Below, in pieces: positions 1-12,000 of a stretch of 64,000 bases of DNA. The stretch comes from a virus: positions 1 to 64,000 of the IMG/VR virus record IMGVR_UViG_3300035701_000008; one strand, 5' to 3'. Below the pieces are notes generated by a model, which saw only the letters and a program-made list of their open reading frames with translations, was not told the origin of the DNA and searched no databases. How positions within the stretch are numbered: position 1 is the first letter of the stretch; the number at the start of each line of letters is the position of its first letter. Made by a program: the position numbers and the translations under genes.

Positions 1-1
1 A

Positions 2-2713
2 GCTGTAGGATTTACATATGCTAGAACAGGATCTCCTAGTAAAGGACCACGTAGAAATCAAACTGATGTTACAGATGCTTCTGCAAAAAATGGTGATGTA
101 ATTGTAAGTGATAGAGGTCAATGGGATCATCCAGGAGAAGTAACAGAAATCAATAGTAATCAAATAACAATGGGACCAGATCCTGAAACAGGTAAGCCAT
201 TAACAAAACCTTTACTTGGTATATCAGACACAGGAGATGTTAAACTTATGCGTCCAGGTGGTAACTATAAATTTGATGGTAAGAGAGTTACAGAGTATCC
301 TATAGCTCAAGATGGTAAATCATTTTTAGATCAGTTAAAAGCTAATACTGCAGCAAAGAAGAATAAGGTTAATGTACGTGAAACTCCTCCTGCTGTTGTT
401 AATGACAATATTGCTAATGCTAGTAAAATGGCAGCAAAAGCTGATGAAGCACGTGTTAAAGATGTAAGAAACTCAAATAGAATAGCTGCTGAAAAAGCAA
501 AAACTCAAAGAGATGCACAAAGAAAATTCAATGCTCTTCCTAAAAAAGAACAAGAACAAATATTATATGATCAATATAATAGAGAGCATGGAACAATAAC
601 ACAAGCAGAAGAGCCTGATTCAAAACTTAGTAAGTTTGCACAATCTATGGTTACTCCTTTTACTGCTTTAACAGACTTATATCAAAAAGGTGAAGTTAGA
701 GATAACTTGTTAAAGAGTGTAATTAATAATCCTAAAACTGCTAACCCTTATGATGCTGCATACTTAGGAGCACTTGGATATCTTGCTGCTCCTTATATTG
801 GTTCTGCTGCAACTGCTGCTGCACCATATATAGCTGCTGATGCTGTTGTACCTTTTACAGGAACCACACTTACAGGTGTAAATCTTGGTAATATAGCTAC
901 TGCAGGTTTTGCTACACATGGTTTAATGAATGCTGGACCTGATGTAGCAAAATGGGTTGATAGACCATCATGGGAAAATGCTGAAAAAGTTGGATGGGAT
1001 GCATTAGAGATAGCACCTATTGCTGGCCCTGCTTCTAAAATGATATCTGAAGGAGCTGGCTATGTAGGTAACAAAGCTAATCAAGTTAGTTCATATGTTG
1101 GTGAAACTGCTCCTAAAGTTAAAAACTTTATGAAGGATGTTGGACAAGATGTCAAAGGTGTGTATAATCAATATAAAGAAATAAAGAAAATAAAAAATTC
1201 TAAATCTCATCCAAGGTCATTATTTAACACTGCTGAAAAAATAAATACTGATAATAAATACTATGTCAATCAATTTAATTCATTGACGCAGCCACAGGAA
1301 TTTAATAGTGTAGCTGATGACTTAATGTGGGATTTTGAGCAAAAGTTAATTCGTATGGGAGGAAAGGATTTTGCTACTGCAGAAATGAATAAATGGAAAA
1401 CCTCACTCCAAAGAGATAATCCAAAATTATTTTTGGAAGTAAAAGAAATGGAAAATGGTACAAATGTTTTAACAGCTGATGATTTAAAACGAATAGGTAG
1501 AGAGTTAACTGAAAGTTTACCAAAAGGTGAAGAGATTATTCCTAGTGCAAAAAAACATTTATCTAGTGTTCAGAAACAAATATTATTTGATAAGAAGAAA
1601 GACTTTGAAACACTTAAAGAGTTTACTAAAAACATAGGAGTCAAAACACCAAAAGTTCCAAAAGTAGAATACACTCCTAAAGAACAAGAAACTATTGCGG
1701 CCATTCGTGAGTTAGGTAAATATAAACAAGTAGCACAATATCAGAAAAATAAACTATTAGCTGATCCTGAGGCATTGGCTAATATCAATAAAGAGATATT
1801 GAAACTTGATGATGCTGTTGTACAAGACTTATTAGGTATTTCTAAATCAGAATTACTTGATAGTTATAAGAATGTTGTTCCTGTTACAAAAAAGACTCAG
1901 GTTGATATAACAAGTAACCCTATACCTACTCAAGATCTTTCATTAGTGGATGATCAAAATATTATACAACCAGGTATGCCTGAGGAGATGCATCCATTAA
2001 ATGAAAAACAATTTAGAGCAATAGATCCTAAACGTGAAAGTCTTTTACAAAGAATAGAACAAAGTTATGCTAAGAACTTTGCACCAATAGATTATCAAAA
2101 ACCTACATCTTATCCAAAGTCATTGATAAGTATGGCAAAAACTGATTATGCTTATCAACCTCTATATGATGCTAGTGGTCATGCAATTCCTGATGCTTTT
2201 GGTAATCAAACTTATAGTAACAAACTTACATCTCAAGGACAAGTTAAACAACAATTAATAGGAGCTCTTAAAACAGTCGAAGCTTCTCCTAAGGGTACAA
2301 ACTTTATTGGTTCAGGTAGTCTTAGTACAGATTCATATCCTCTTACACTTGACTCAGGAAAAATAATGTTAAAGAAAGGATTGGTAGAAGTAAATGTTGA
2401 ACCTGGTGTAACAGGTTTAAATGGTATGGGATATACTAACATGTCTCCTAGATTAGTAATAAAAGACATAAACTCTAAGATAGAGGAATTAGAAAAACTA
2501 TCAGGTAAAAAATTACCTAGAGCTAAGTATAACCCAAATTCCCCAGGTTCATATGACATGTATCAAGTTCCAAGAATTTACTTCACTAGATTGAAACAAG
2601 GAGGAAGTATAAATACAGCAGATGAAAATTCTTTGGTTAAACTAGATCAATTAACTAACTTTACAAACTATAACAAACCACAACCAGGTGGATGGTTGAG
2701 CAAATACGAATAA
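2..2713 (+). CDS. Large putative virion (cargo/internal) protein, 5'-truncated by the window edge
   Basis: The frame is open from nt 2 (AVGFTYARTG...GQWDHPGEVTEINSNQITM) into the 847-aa ORF, so the true start lies upstream. It has a hydrophobic Ala/Gly-rich middle, AQDG/KQGG motifs, and lies in the virion block. Confidence 0.6.
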   Translation, partial: AVGFTYARTGSPSKGPRRNQTDVTDASAKNGDVIVSDRGQWDHPGEVTEINSNQITMGPDPETGKPLTKPLLGISDTGDVKLMRPGGNYKFDGKRVTEYPIAQDGKSFLDQLKANTAAKKNKVNVRETPPAVVNDNIANASKMAAKADEARVKDVRNSNRIAAEKAKTQRDAQRKFNALPKKEQEQILYDQYNREHGTITQAEEPDSKLSKFAQSMVTPFTALTDLYQKGEVRDNLLKSVINNPKTANPYDAAYLGALGYLAAPYIGSAATAAAPYIAADAVVPFTGTTLTGVNLGNIATAGFATHGLMNAGPDVAKWVDRPSWENAEKVGWDALEIAPIAGPASKMISEGAGYVGNKANQVSSYVGETAPKVKNFMKDVGQDVKGVYNQYKEIKKIKNSKSHPRSLFNTAEKINTDNKYYVNQFNSLTQPQEFNSVADDLMWDFEQKLIRMGGKDFATAEMNKWKTSLQRDNPKLFLEVKEMENGTNVLTADDLKRIGRELTESLPKGEEIIPSAKKHLSSVQKQILFDKKKDFETLKEFTKNIGVKTPKVPKVEYTPKEQETIAAIRELGKYKQVAQYQKNKLLADPEALANINKEILKLDDAVVQDLLGISKSELLDSYKNVVPVTKKTQVDITSNPIPTQDLSLVDDQNIIQPGMPEEMHPLNEKQFRAIDPKRESLLQRIEQSYAKNFAPIDYQKPTSYPKSLISMAKTDYAYQPLYDASGHAIPDAFGNQTYSNKLTSQGQVKQQLIGALKTVEASPKGTNFIGSGSLSTDSYPLTLDSGKIMLKKGLVEVNVEPGVTGLNGMGYTNMSPRLVIKDINSKIEELEKLSGKKLPRAKYNPNSPGSYDMYQVPRIYFTRLKQGGSINTADENSLVKLDQLTNFTNYNKPQPGGWLSKYE

Positions 2714-2714
2714 T

Positions 2715-5700
2715 ATGAAAGCACAAATTTTAAAAATCGCTGGTGTTAAATCTGAAAAGGAGTTCTACAAGAAGTATCCATCAGAGGAAGCATTTATGAA
2801 AGTACATGGTAAAGCTTTTAAGAAAGCTCAAGTAGGTGCTATGATAAATAAAACTGAAACTCTATCAAATCCTAAAATGATCAACTTCCAAACCATGTAT
2901 GATCAAGCAGACATGGATGTAACAGGTATGACAGATGAGATGAGACAGAAACAAGCTGCTGCTCAAGCTGAACAAGCTGCTAAATCTTCTGATGGAGGAG
3001 GTGGTGGTGGTATGGATATAGGTGGGATGATGAAAATGTTTGGTGGTGAAGGAGGAGGAGGAGCTGAAGGTATGGCTGCTGCATTTGGTAGATATGGTGT
3101 TGACATTCCTAGAGCTCAAAATGGAAAGCGTTATTTTCCTACAGCTCAAGAAATGCAACAGGAACGTTTAGATGCTGAATCATTAATAGATAACTCTCAA
3201 GATTATAATGCAGACAGTTATAACCAAAGAAACACTGTATCATTAACAGATGATGAAGTAGCTAATAAAAATGGTAAATATAATGGTTATTCTGATCCTG
3301 GAGGACCTACTACAAAAGAAAACACATGGTCTAATATAGGAAATGCTCTAGGTAAAAATGCAGGACCAGTTGGAGATATTATTAGTGGTATTGGAGAATT
3401 GAAGAAAGAAAAAGAAGCAAGAAAAGCAGCTGAACAACAAAAGGCTGTAAGTGATATTACATTAAAAGCATCACAAACTAGACCAGAACAAATACAAAGA
3501 AAATATGTAAGACCCGAAGATATACAAAATACAGGAGAAGAGTTCTTTCCTATATATGGTGTAGGAACAAATGTCCTTGCTAGAAATGGTATTAGATTAC
3601 AAGATGGTGGTGGTATAGGTGGTAACCCTACAGAAATACAAAATACATATAGTGATGGATATGATATATATTCAGATGGAGGATATGAACCATTATATAA
3701 CCCTAATCAAATAAAAGATTTTAGACATGGTGGTGATATTCATCGTGCACAAAATGGATTTCAGAATTGGCAAAACTCTATGAGTGGTGGAGGAAAAAGA
3801 TTTTCTGGAGCTGGTAGTAATGGATCAACCCCTTGGGGAGCAATAGGAAGTACAGCTACAGGAGCTGGACAAGCAGCAATGGGTGGTCAAAATGCTGGTG
3901 GAAAAATAGGAGGAAGTATTGGTAAAGGAGTTGGTTCTATATTTGGACCTGCTGGTGGAGCTATAGGAGAATTTGTTGGTGGTATGGCTGGTAATGCATT
4001 AGACACTAATGCTAAGAGAATGAAGAAAGCTCAATCTGCTACACAAAGAAATATACAAACAATGGCTCTTAATTCTGGTTTTCAAGGATTACAAGCACAG
4101 AACTCATCATACGTAAGAAATGGTGGTGATATTCCTTCTTATGAAGATGGTGGATATATGAACCCTGAATACAACCCACAAGTGATTACAATGTTTGGGG
4201 ATCACAATGCACAAGACTTTGCAGATTATGCTCATAAGTTTAGAGCTGGTGGACATTTACAATCTTATACACCTCCTAGTGAAAGAGCTATGGAAACATA
4301 CAGAAATGGTGGAGGAATTAAATCATATGGGTTAGGTGGAGAACTAGAAACACATTGGGGTGGAGGAGCTGAAACTATGTCACACAATCCTTATTTGCCT
4401 GGTACAGGAGAAACAGTTATGTTTAGAGGTAAGAGTCATGAAGAGTATTCTCCTAATGGAGAAACAGGTATTGGTGTTACATATGGTGGTAATCCTGTAG
4501 AAGTTGAAAGAGGAGAACCTATGGTTGAATTAGAAGAAGGTGGTGAAATAGATCCTGAAACAGGAGAACCATCTAAGTCTGGTGTAGTATTTGGTAATCT
4601 AAAAATACCTAATCAATATATAGACTTGTTAGGAGATAAATCTGCTAAAGGTAAAAAGTTTAAAAACTATGTAGCTGATCTATCTAAGACAGAAGCAAAA
4701 CAAAATAAAGTTATAGAGAAAGCAACAAAAGAACTAGATGGATTTACACCATTAACATCATTTGATAAACTTAAAATGTCAGCATTACAAGCTAACATAC
4801 AAGGAGCTAATATGAAACTTAAAGATATTGCTGATAAGAAAATTAACGCAGCACATTTACAAAATGCAATTAATGATACAGCAGAAGAGAATGGACTTAT
4901 TGCAGATGATCTTGCAAAGGGTAAAGTAAAAATAGATAAAGAAGCTATGCAAACAAGAGAAGCTAAATATGGAGCTGATATTCCTAAAGCACAAAATGGT
5001 GTTATAAGAAAAAAAGATGATTACGATTATTTAAAAAAATTATGGGAAGAAGCTAAAGATAAAAAAAGTGGTCCTGCTGTTAAAAAGTTTCAAAAAGAAT
5101 ATACAAGGTTAGCTCCAGATTCTGCTAAAGCAATTACTTCTGCTCATAACACTACCAATTATGGTAAAAAAAATAAAATACCTAATACAGATCCAAGAAG
5201 TAACTGGGATGGGTTAATGGGAGATATAACAAAAAGTTATGGTTTTTCATTAGAACCTATACAACCTATACCAGCTTTAACTCCTAAAGGTATAACTAAA
5301 CAAGAAATGACTACTAGTGCTAAATTGTATCCAGTACCTGTTAAAAATGAAACAACTCCAGAAAAACAAAAGAGTAAAATTCCTTGGTGGGCAGGATATG
5401 CTAATCAAGCTTTGAAATATTTAAAACCTACAGATCAAGAAGCATTAGACATGGCACAATTATATCCAGAAATGTATGCAATGTCTTCTAACCAATTAGA
5501 ACCTGTTCCTGCACAGAGCTATCAACCAGAACTAATAGTTCCTTATGATATTTCTTTACAGGCACAACGTAATGCTGTAGTAGCTGGTCAAAGAGCTCTT
5601 GAAAGACAAATTGGTTATAATCCATCTGCGCAGGCTAATGTTGCTCCAGCTGCTTACAATGCAATAAACGAAATAAACGAAAAAGAGTTTATAGCTAATC

Positions 5701-6218
5701 AAGGATTAAAGAATCAAGTTTACACTGGTAACGTTAATACAATGAACGAAGCTAAGAAAATAAACTTAGGAATCTTTGCTGATCAATGGGCTAAACAATC
5801 TCAAGCTCTATCTAACACTAAAGCTACAACACAAGCTGCTCTTAATTCTATTGCTGATAAATATGCTAAGAACAAACTTGAGAATAGAACATTAGGTGTA
5901 TATGAAAACATGTATAATTATAGATTTGGTAAGAGTGGTAGAGCTCAGAACTGGAATGGTTTACAATTCTTTGATACAGAAGCAGGTGGAGGTAAAGGTG
6001 GTGATGATGCTCCTGAAGGATATGAACCTACAAGCTATGATAAATATGGTAATGTAAATAGCTATAGAAGAATTAAAGACAAAGATTTAAAAGATGAAAT
6101 GGATGAACTAGAAGCAGTGGGTAAAACTCCTGGTATTGGTGATGGTAGAAAGAATGGAGGACCCATCAAAAAGAATTACAAAAACAGCTCTGTAGTAAGA
6201 GCATACAAAAATTTATAA
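2715..6218 (+). CDS. Large putative virion cargo/ejection protein (1167 aa) with Gly-rich segment and repeated AQNG/RxGG motifs
   Basis: Long ORF coupled to the previous gene, with a glycine-zipper-like segment (GGKIGGSIGKGVGSIFGPAGGAIG). It lies upstream of the virion RNAP, as in crAss-like phages. Confidence 0.6.
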   Translation: MKAQILKIAGVKSEKEFYKKYPSEEAFMKVHGKAFKKAQVGAMINKTETLSNPKMINFQTMYDQADMDVTGMTDEMRQKQAAAQAEQAAKSSDGGGGGGMDIGGMMKMFGGEGGGGAEGMAAAFGRYGVDIPRAQNGKRYFPTAQEMQQERLDAESLIDNSQDYNADSYNQRNTVSLTDDEVANKNGKYNGYSDPGGPTTKENTWSNIGNALGKNAGPVGDIISGIGELKKEKEARKAAEQQKAVSDITLKASQTRPEQIQRKYVRPEDIQNTGEEFFPIYGVGTNVLARNGIRLQDGGGIGGNPTEIQNTYSDGYDIYSDGGYEPLYNPNQIKDFRHGGDIHRAQNGFQNWQNSMSGGGKRFSGAGSNGSTPWGAIGSTATGAGQAAMGGQNAGGKIGGSIGKGVGSIFGPAGGAIGEFVGGMAGNALDTNAKRMKKAQSATQRNIQTMALNSGFQGLQAQNSSYVRNGGDIPSYEDGGYMNPEYNPQVITMFGDHNAQDFADYAHKFRAGGHLQSYTPPSERAMETYRNGGGIKSYGLGGELETHWGGGAETMSHNPYLPGTGETVMFRGKSHEEYSPNGETGIGVTYGGNPVEVERGEPMVELEEGGEIDPETGEPSKSGVVFGNLKIPNQYIDLLGDKSAKGKKFKNYVADLSKTEAKQNKVIEKATKELDGFTPLTSFDKLKMSALQANIQGANMKLKDIADKKINAAHLQNAINDTAEENGLIADDLAKGKVKIDKEAMQTREAKYGADIPKAQNGVIRKKDDYDYLKKLWEEAKDKKSGPAVKKFQKEYTRLAPDSAKAITSAHNTTNYGKKNKIPNTDPRSNWDGLMGDITKSYGFSLEPIQPIPALTPKGITKQEMTTSAKLYPVPVKNETTPEKQKSKIPWWAGYANQALKYLKPTDQEALDMAQLYPEMYAMSSNQLEPVPAQSYQPELIVPYDISLQAQRNAVVAGQRALERQIGYNPSAQANVAPAAYNAINEINEKEFIANQGLKNQVYTGNVNTMNEAKKINLGIFADQWAKQSQALSNTKATTQAALNSIADKYAKNKLENRTLGVYENMYNYRFGKSGRAQNWNGLQFFDTEAGGGKGGDDAPEGYEPTSYDKYGNVNSYRRIKDKDLKDEMDELEAVGKTPGIGDGRKNGGPIKKNYKNSSVVRAYKNL

Positions 6219-6282
6219 CTAATTTAATTATAAAGAATTAACAAAACTTATTATACCTATTGTATAATCTAATAATTCATAT

Positions 6283-6290
6283 TATATTTG
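6283..6290 (+). promoter_or_regulatory. Bacteroidota sigma70 -7 element (TATATTTG)
   Basis: Matches TAnnTTTG in an AT-rich intergenic gap, 15 nt before ATG 6306. Confidence 0.55.
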
Positions 6291-6305
6291 CTTAATTAAC
6301 TCGCT

Positions 6306-8996
6306 ATGGCTTCATATACAGACAAAATCCCAACCTTTAATCCTTACGTAGAGCAGCAACCTATAGATGCAATGCTTAAGGTGGGTGTGTACAAACAACA
6401 AAAATACGAAGAGGGGGTAGAAAAAATTCAAAAGAACATTGATAATGTTGCAGGATTAGATATTGCTAATCCTGTTCAACAAAAATATCTACAATCTAAA
6501 CTTGATGCTTTAGGTAATAACTTAACATTTGTAGCTGCTGGAGATTTCTCAGATTTCTCATTGGTTAATTCTGTTAATGGAATGACTAAACAGATAACTA
6601 AAGATGAAGATGTTATCAATGCTGTTAGTTCTACAGCTAGACTTAGAGCAGGCTATAAGAAGAAAGCTGAGTTAGAAAAGAAAGGATTAACTGATAAAAA
6701 CAATGATGACTATTATGATAAGTTTGCTTCAGAGTATGTTAACAATAAAGATTTAAAAGCTTCTTTCAATGCTGATTATGTTCCTCATGTAAATATTATT
6801 AAAAAGGTACAAGAAGCTCTTACAAATTCAGGAGAAACTTCTTTCACTGCAGAGCAATTATTTGTTATGGATCCCACAACAAATAAACCATTAGTTGGTC
6901 CAGATGGTCATTATCAATATGCTGATGCAAAAACTATAGATACACTTGTTACAAACAAACCAGCAGTGATGGCTGCCATAGGTAATGTAATGAATGAAGG
7001 AAGTGTAAAGCGACAATTAGGGATTGATGGTTGGGCTACATACAGAGGTGTAGAAGCTACAACATTATTAGAACCTTTGAAAGCTAGTTATGATAGAGAT
7101 AAATCTAGATTGCAAGAACAGTCATTAGAAATATCAGCTATGTTGAATAGTACAAACATATCTAAAGAAGAAAAAGAATTATACACTAAAGCAAGTCAGG
7201 ATATAGAATCAGCATTATTAAAAAATGATGCTACATTCATGTCATTAGCTAAACAAGCAGAAGATAATCCAGAATCATTTAAAGAAAACTATTACGCTCA
7301 AGAGTTTAAACAACGATTGATGGATCAGTTTGTTAAAAATAAGGAGTCTCACACTACAGGTGTTAATGAAGGATTGCAACAGCAAAACTACAGAGATGAT
7401 AAAGCATTTAAAATAGAACAAGAGAGAAATAAAATAGCTCTTGAAAATGCAAACTTAGCTATTTCTAGATCTGCAAATCAATTAGCTTGGTTGAAGTTTG
7501 ATGGAGAGTTTGAATTAGATCCTGTTACAGGACATTATAATAAAAAACCTGAACCAGGTAAAAAAGGTAAACCAGTAACGTATGATGCAAATAACCCTTT
7601 GTTTACAGGGGGTACTTCTGGAAAAAAAGTGGATGCTTATAATATTGTTCAAACAGACATAAGCAAGTTAACTACAGATAAAAGTACACAAGCATTTTCA
7701 ATCTATGCTGATTTTTGGAGAACATATAAAGACAAACCTGACATATCAGATAATGAGATTAGAAACATAGTGAAAAAATTTGCAAAAGAGAAAGGTATAA
7801 CTCCTGAAGCATATTTAGATAGATGGGCATCTAATATTAAAAACAACTATGATGAGAATGGATTACTTCCTCCACCTACTATAAATGATGACCTTGATGT
7901 TTATCTTAATACTTCTACCACTTTAAATAATAAAATACGTTTAGTTAATCAAGCTAGAAAATCTGCTAAAGAAGAAGCTGGTGTTGTTAAAGAGTTAGAT
8001 GAAGTGTTAGCTGGTCATCCTACAATGAAGTTTAATGTTGAAGGTAACCAATTTACAATCACTCCTGAAGATATGTTAAATATGGAAAGAAGTGGAATGA
8101 TAAGACAATTAGCTCTTGGATATGGTGAAGGTGCTAGAGATAAAAGTATACAAAGTAAAAGTTTAACTGATAATCAAAATAAATTTCTTTCTCAGTGGTA
8201 TGCAATGTCTCCTGAAATGAGAAATCAAATTTATAAAGAAGCTGATTCTTATAAAGGTAAACAGTCACAATATTATAATGCATTAGATAAATCTGAAAAA
8301 CTATTTAACGAAAAGCTAGCTAAAGTGGTTGGTGTATCAGATGTTGTTACAGGATCTTTACCATTTGTTGATTCTGATGATAAAAGTACTAGTATAGCTA
8401 AAGTTGCTACATATGTAAATAGTGGAGAAAGAAATTATGGAGAAGGAACAAATAGAGATGTATTATTAAAAGCTTTAGGTGATGCAACAAATATATCTTG
8501 GAATGGTAAGAAACCTACAAACTCTAGAGAAGATTGGACAGGTGAAATAAAAGTTACTAGTAAGGATGGACCTGTATACACTATAACTAATATAAATCGT
8601 AAAGATTTAACAACTTTTACAGATGCCAAGTTTACAAATTATATAGAAACTCCTATTCAAGATGCACTTAATATGAATGAGAAAACAAAGTCTACAGATT
8701 CTGTAAACATGCCTGGTTCACCTAATGCTTGGCGTACAGCTTATTATAAAGGTACAGAAGTAAATCCAGCAGTAACTCAAGCAGGTTGGAGTTATCGTGC
8801 AAATGTTATAAAATCAGGTGGAGGATATAGACTTGTTAATTATGTTAGACCTCCAGGATTTAAAGGATACACCACTATATATGGTAGTTTAATTTATCCT
8901 AGAGAAGATATTATAGATAATGTATACAAAACAACAACTCCTGCAGAATTAAATAATATGTATTTAAATTATCTAAACCAATCACAAAAAAAATAA
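6306..8996 (+). CDS. Putative ejection/cargo protein (896 aa)
   Basis: The N-terminus (FNPYVEQQP) and the position directly before the virion RNAP resemble crAss-like ejected proteins. Confidence 0.55.
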   Translation: MASYTDKIPTFNPYVEQQPIDAMLKVGVYKQQKYEEGVEKIQKNIDNVAGLDIANPVQQKYLQSKLDALGNNLTFVAAGDFSDFSLVNSVNGMTKQITKDEDVINAVSSTARLRAGYKKKAELEKKGLTDKNNDDYYDKFASEYVNNKDLKASFNADYVPHVNIIKKVQEALTNSGETSFTAEQLFVMDPTTNKPLVGPDGHYQYADAKTIDTLVTNKPAVMAAIGNVMNEGSVKRQLGIDGWATYRGVEATTLLEPLKASYDRDKSRLQEQSLEISAMLNSTNISKEEKELYTKASQDIESALLKNDATFMSLAKQAEDNPESFKENYYAQEFKQRLMDQFVKNKESHTTGVNEGLQQQNYRDDKAFKIEQERNKIALENANLAISRSANQLAWLKFDGEFELDPVTGHYNKKPEPGKKGKPVTYDANNPLFTGGTSGKKVDAYNIVQTDISKLTTDKSTQAFSIYADFWRTYKDKPDISDNEIRNIVKKFAKEKGITPEAYLDRWASNIKNNYDENGLLPPPTINDDLDVYLNTSTTLNNKIRLVNQARKSAKEEAGVVKELDEVLAGHPTMKFNVEGNQFTITPEDMLNMERSGMIRQLALGYGEGARDKSIQSKSLTDNQNKFLSQWYAMSPEMRNQIYKEADSYKGKQSQYYNALDKSEKLFNEKLAKVVGVSDVVTGSLPFVDSDDKSTSIAKVATYVNSGERNYGEGTNRDVLLKALGDATNISWNGKKPTNSREDWTGEIKVTSKDGPVYTITNINRKDLTTFTDAKFTNYIETPIQDALNMNEKTKSTDSVNMPGSPNAWRTAYYKGTEVNPAVTQAGWSYRANVIKSGGGYRLVNYVRPPGFKGYTTIYGSLIYPREDIIDNVYKTTTPAELNNMYLNYLNQSQKK

Positions 8997-9002
8997 TAGA
9001 TT

Positions 9003-12000
9003 ATGCCAGATCCTACAAATCCAAATCTATATGGACAACCTTATGTAAGAGGTCCTATTACACCTAATGTTGGTTCTATAACTACCACTCCTTTAACTAC
9101 AGGATTTCCTGGGTTAAGAACAGGAAAACCACTATCTCAAGAAGATAGAGGTCGTATGCTTATTGGTCAGATAGATCCAAATGAAATCAGACCAGGTAAA
9201 ACTTATCTATCTGATGTTGCAGGAGATTTAACTGGTAGATATGATACTGTTATTTATGGAGCTAACAATGAAGATGCTTGGGGACAACAACAATCAACAT
9301 TATCAAAAGCTGTAAATGGTATTCTTAAAGGAACCAATCTTGCAGCAACAACAGTGGTTGGAGGATTTGCTACAGTGGGTGGAGCTGTATCGTCTATATT
9401 CACAGGAAGACTTGCAGATATATGGGATAACCCTGTTATGCAAAAAATTGATGAGTGGAACAATAAAGTGGATCAAGAATACCTACCTAACTATTATGCA
9501 GATACTGAAAAGAATGCTGATTGGTATTCTCCAGACAACTGGTTTACAGCAAACTTCTTATTTGATAAAGTGATTAAGAATAGTGGATTTGCTGTAGGTG
9601 CTGTTATATCTGGTAACATGGCTAGTAAAGCACTTGGATTAGCAGGTAGTGCTATTGGTGAAGCTGCTGCATCTAGAGCTCTAGCTATAGAATCTGGTCA
9701 ATCATTTAAAGCATTTGCTCCATTATTAAGAAACACAGCAAGAGCTTTCTCTGTTGGTAAGAATGCTGAAGCTGCTGCTATATTAGAAAAAGAAATAACT
9801 TCTATAGCTGATGTTGCAGAAAGAACATCTAAGCTTGCTGAGTTAGCAAAACTAAACAATAAATTTGCTGCAATTAATGATGTAGGTAAAAAAGTAGGAA
9901 TAGCTGCTTATTCTCAAGCTGGAGAATCTGCATTTGAAGGATTACAAACATCTAATGAATTTAGAAATCAATTAATTGATCAATATAAAAGAAACAATTT
10001 TGGTGTAGCACCAGATAAAGAAGAGTTAAAAAAGATAGATGCTCAAACAGAGAAGGTAGGTAAAACTTCATTTCTTGCTAACATGGCATTGTTAAGTGCT
10101 ACAGAATATGTACAGCTTCCTAAATTAATGGGAAGTACATATGCTGCTGAAAGACAAGCTGCGAATAGCTTAGCTGGAATGGTTGACAATGTTGTATTAA
10201 GAGATGGTAAATATGTTGCTGAAGAAGCAGCTAAAACTAAATTTGGTAAGTTATACAATACAGTTAAAGGAGCAGGTAAGTATGTGTTTGATCCTAAAGA
10301 GATGGTTCAAGAGATTAGTCAGTATGCTGTACAAGTAGGAACACAAAACTATTACAATAAAGCATATCAAGGAAAAGATGCTAATGCATTAGTTGATGGT
10401 GTACTTTATGGATTTTTTGGTGAAGATGAATTTGGTAAAGGAGTGGGAGCATTAAATTCAAAAGAAGGAATTGAAGGAGGTCTTATTGGTGGTCTTACTG
10501 GTGGACTCATGCAAGCTAAAGGTAACTACCTAATGGGTAAAGCTGTTAAAACAAACACTACTAAATTTTTAGAACAACTTAATAATGCACCTACATATAA
10601 AGAAGCATTCCAATATAAAATGGATGCTGTTAATAGAGGTGTCAAGCTTCAAGAAGAACAAGAAGATGCAATCAAGCAAGGTGATAAATTAGAAGCAAAA
10701 GATCTCAATGCTGATATGATGCATAACTATCTATCTCCACGTATCAAATATGGTAGAATGGATATGGTTATGGATGATATTTCTGATATGAGACAAAGTT
10801 CTTTGTCACCTGAAGGACTTACATCTCTTAAGCAATTAGGAATTGCTAATGAGAATGATACTACTGTTACATTTAATGCTAGACTTACAAACTTTGAAAC
10901 TACAGCTAAAAACACAGAACAAATATACAAGTCTACTAATCTAAGATATTCTGGAGAGATATTAAAAAATAAAGATGGCATACCTGTATTGAATGAAAAA
11001 GGAGAACAGATAAGAAAGTATTCTGATGCATCTATAGAACAAATGATTTATGCTGCTAGTAAAGTGGCAGATTATGATGTGCGTATTCCTCAAGTATCTA
11101 TGCTTCCTATTGGACAAGGTATTGATGTACAATCTATTGTTAATGAAGAATTAACTAATCCAGAATCTACAGCACTTAATGATAAACTAGCTGAGCTTGA
11201 TATAAATCCTGAAATAAATACAGAAGAAGTTAAACAAGATTTAAAAGATGTTGTAGAACTATCATTAAGAAGAAAAGAATATCTTAAAAACTACAATGAT
11301 ATTATTGCTAACCCACAAGCTTATAATGAAGAGAGAAGAGAATTTGAAGAAACTGTAGAAGGACCTAAAGGAACAATCTCTATCAAAACTAAAAGAGGAC
11401 CTAGAGATATTGAGATAGGTACTGAATATTTCTTAGGAAAAGTTACAGGTAAAAGCAAAGAGGGTAAAGATGTATATCGTGCTCCTAGATTAATTGTATT
11501 AGGTAGAAATGAAGATGGTACTATCAAGGTGCAAGACTCAGATGGTAAGATACATGATATCAAAGAATCTACATTAGAGAAATACAATCTTGGAAAGGTT
11601 GAATCTACATTAAAGAATAAGAAAGCCAAGTTCTATATGGAACATTGGAACACTGTCTATGAGTTTAACTTTGGTGCAAAAACAGGAGGTAAACAAAAAG
11701 GTAGAATTGAATATGATCCTGAGAATGATGTTATGCTTTTTGTTTATAAAAACAAAAAAGGAGATCGTAAAGAAATTGAAGTTACAGGAGATCAGTTTGT
11801 AACAAAGAAAGGATATAAAGAACCTATGATTAAAAGCGTAGGTGAGTTAACTGTTGTACAACAAAAAGCATTAGAAGAATATGTTGCTCAGAAAGATTCA
11901 CGTATAGATGCTAAACGTGAAGCACGTCTTGCTATATTAAATGATTTGTTTGATGATTTAGCTAGTAGACAAGATAAGATTACTAAGAACATTGATCAAA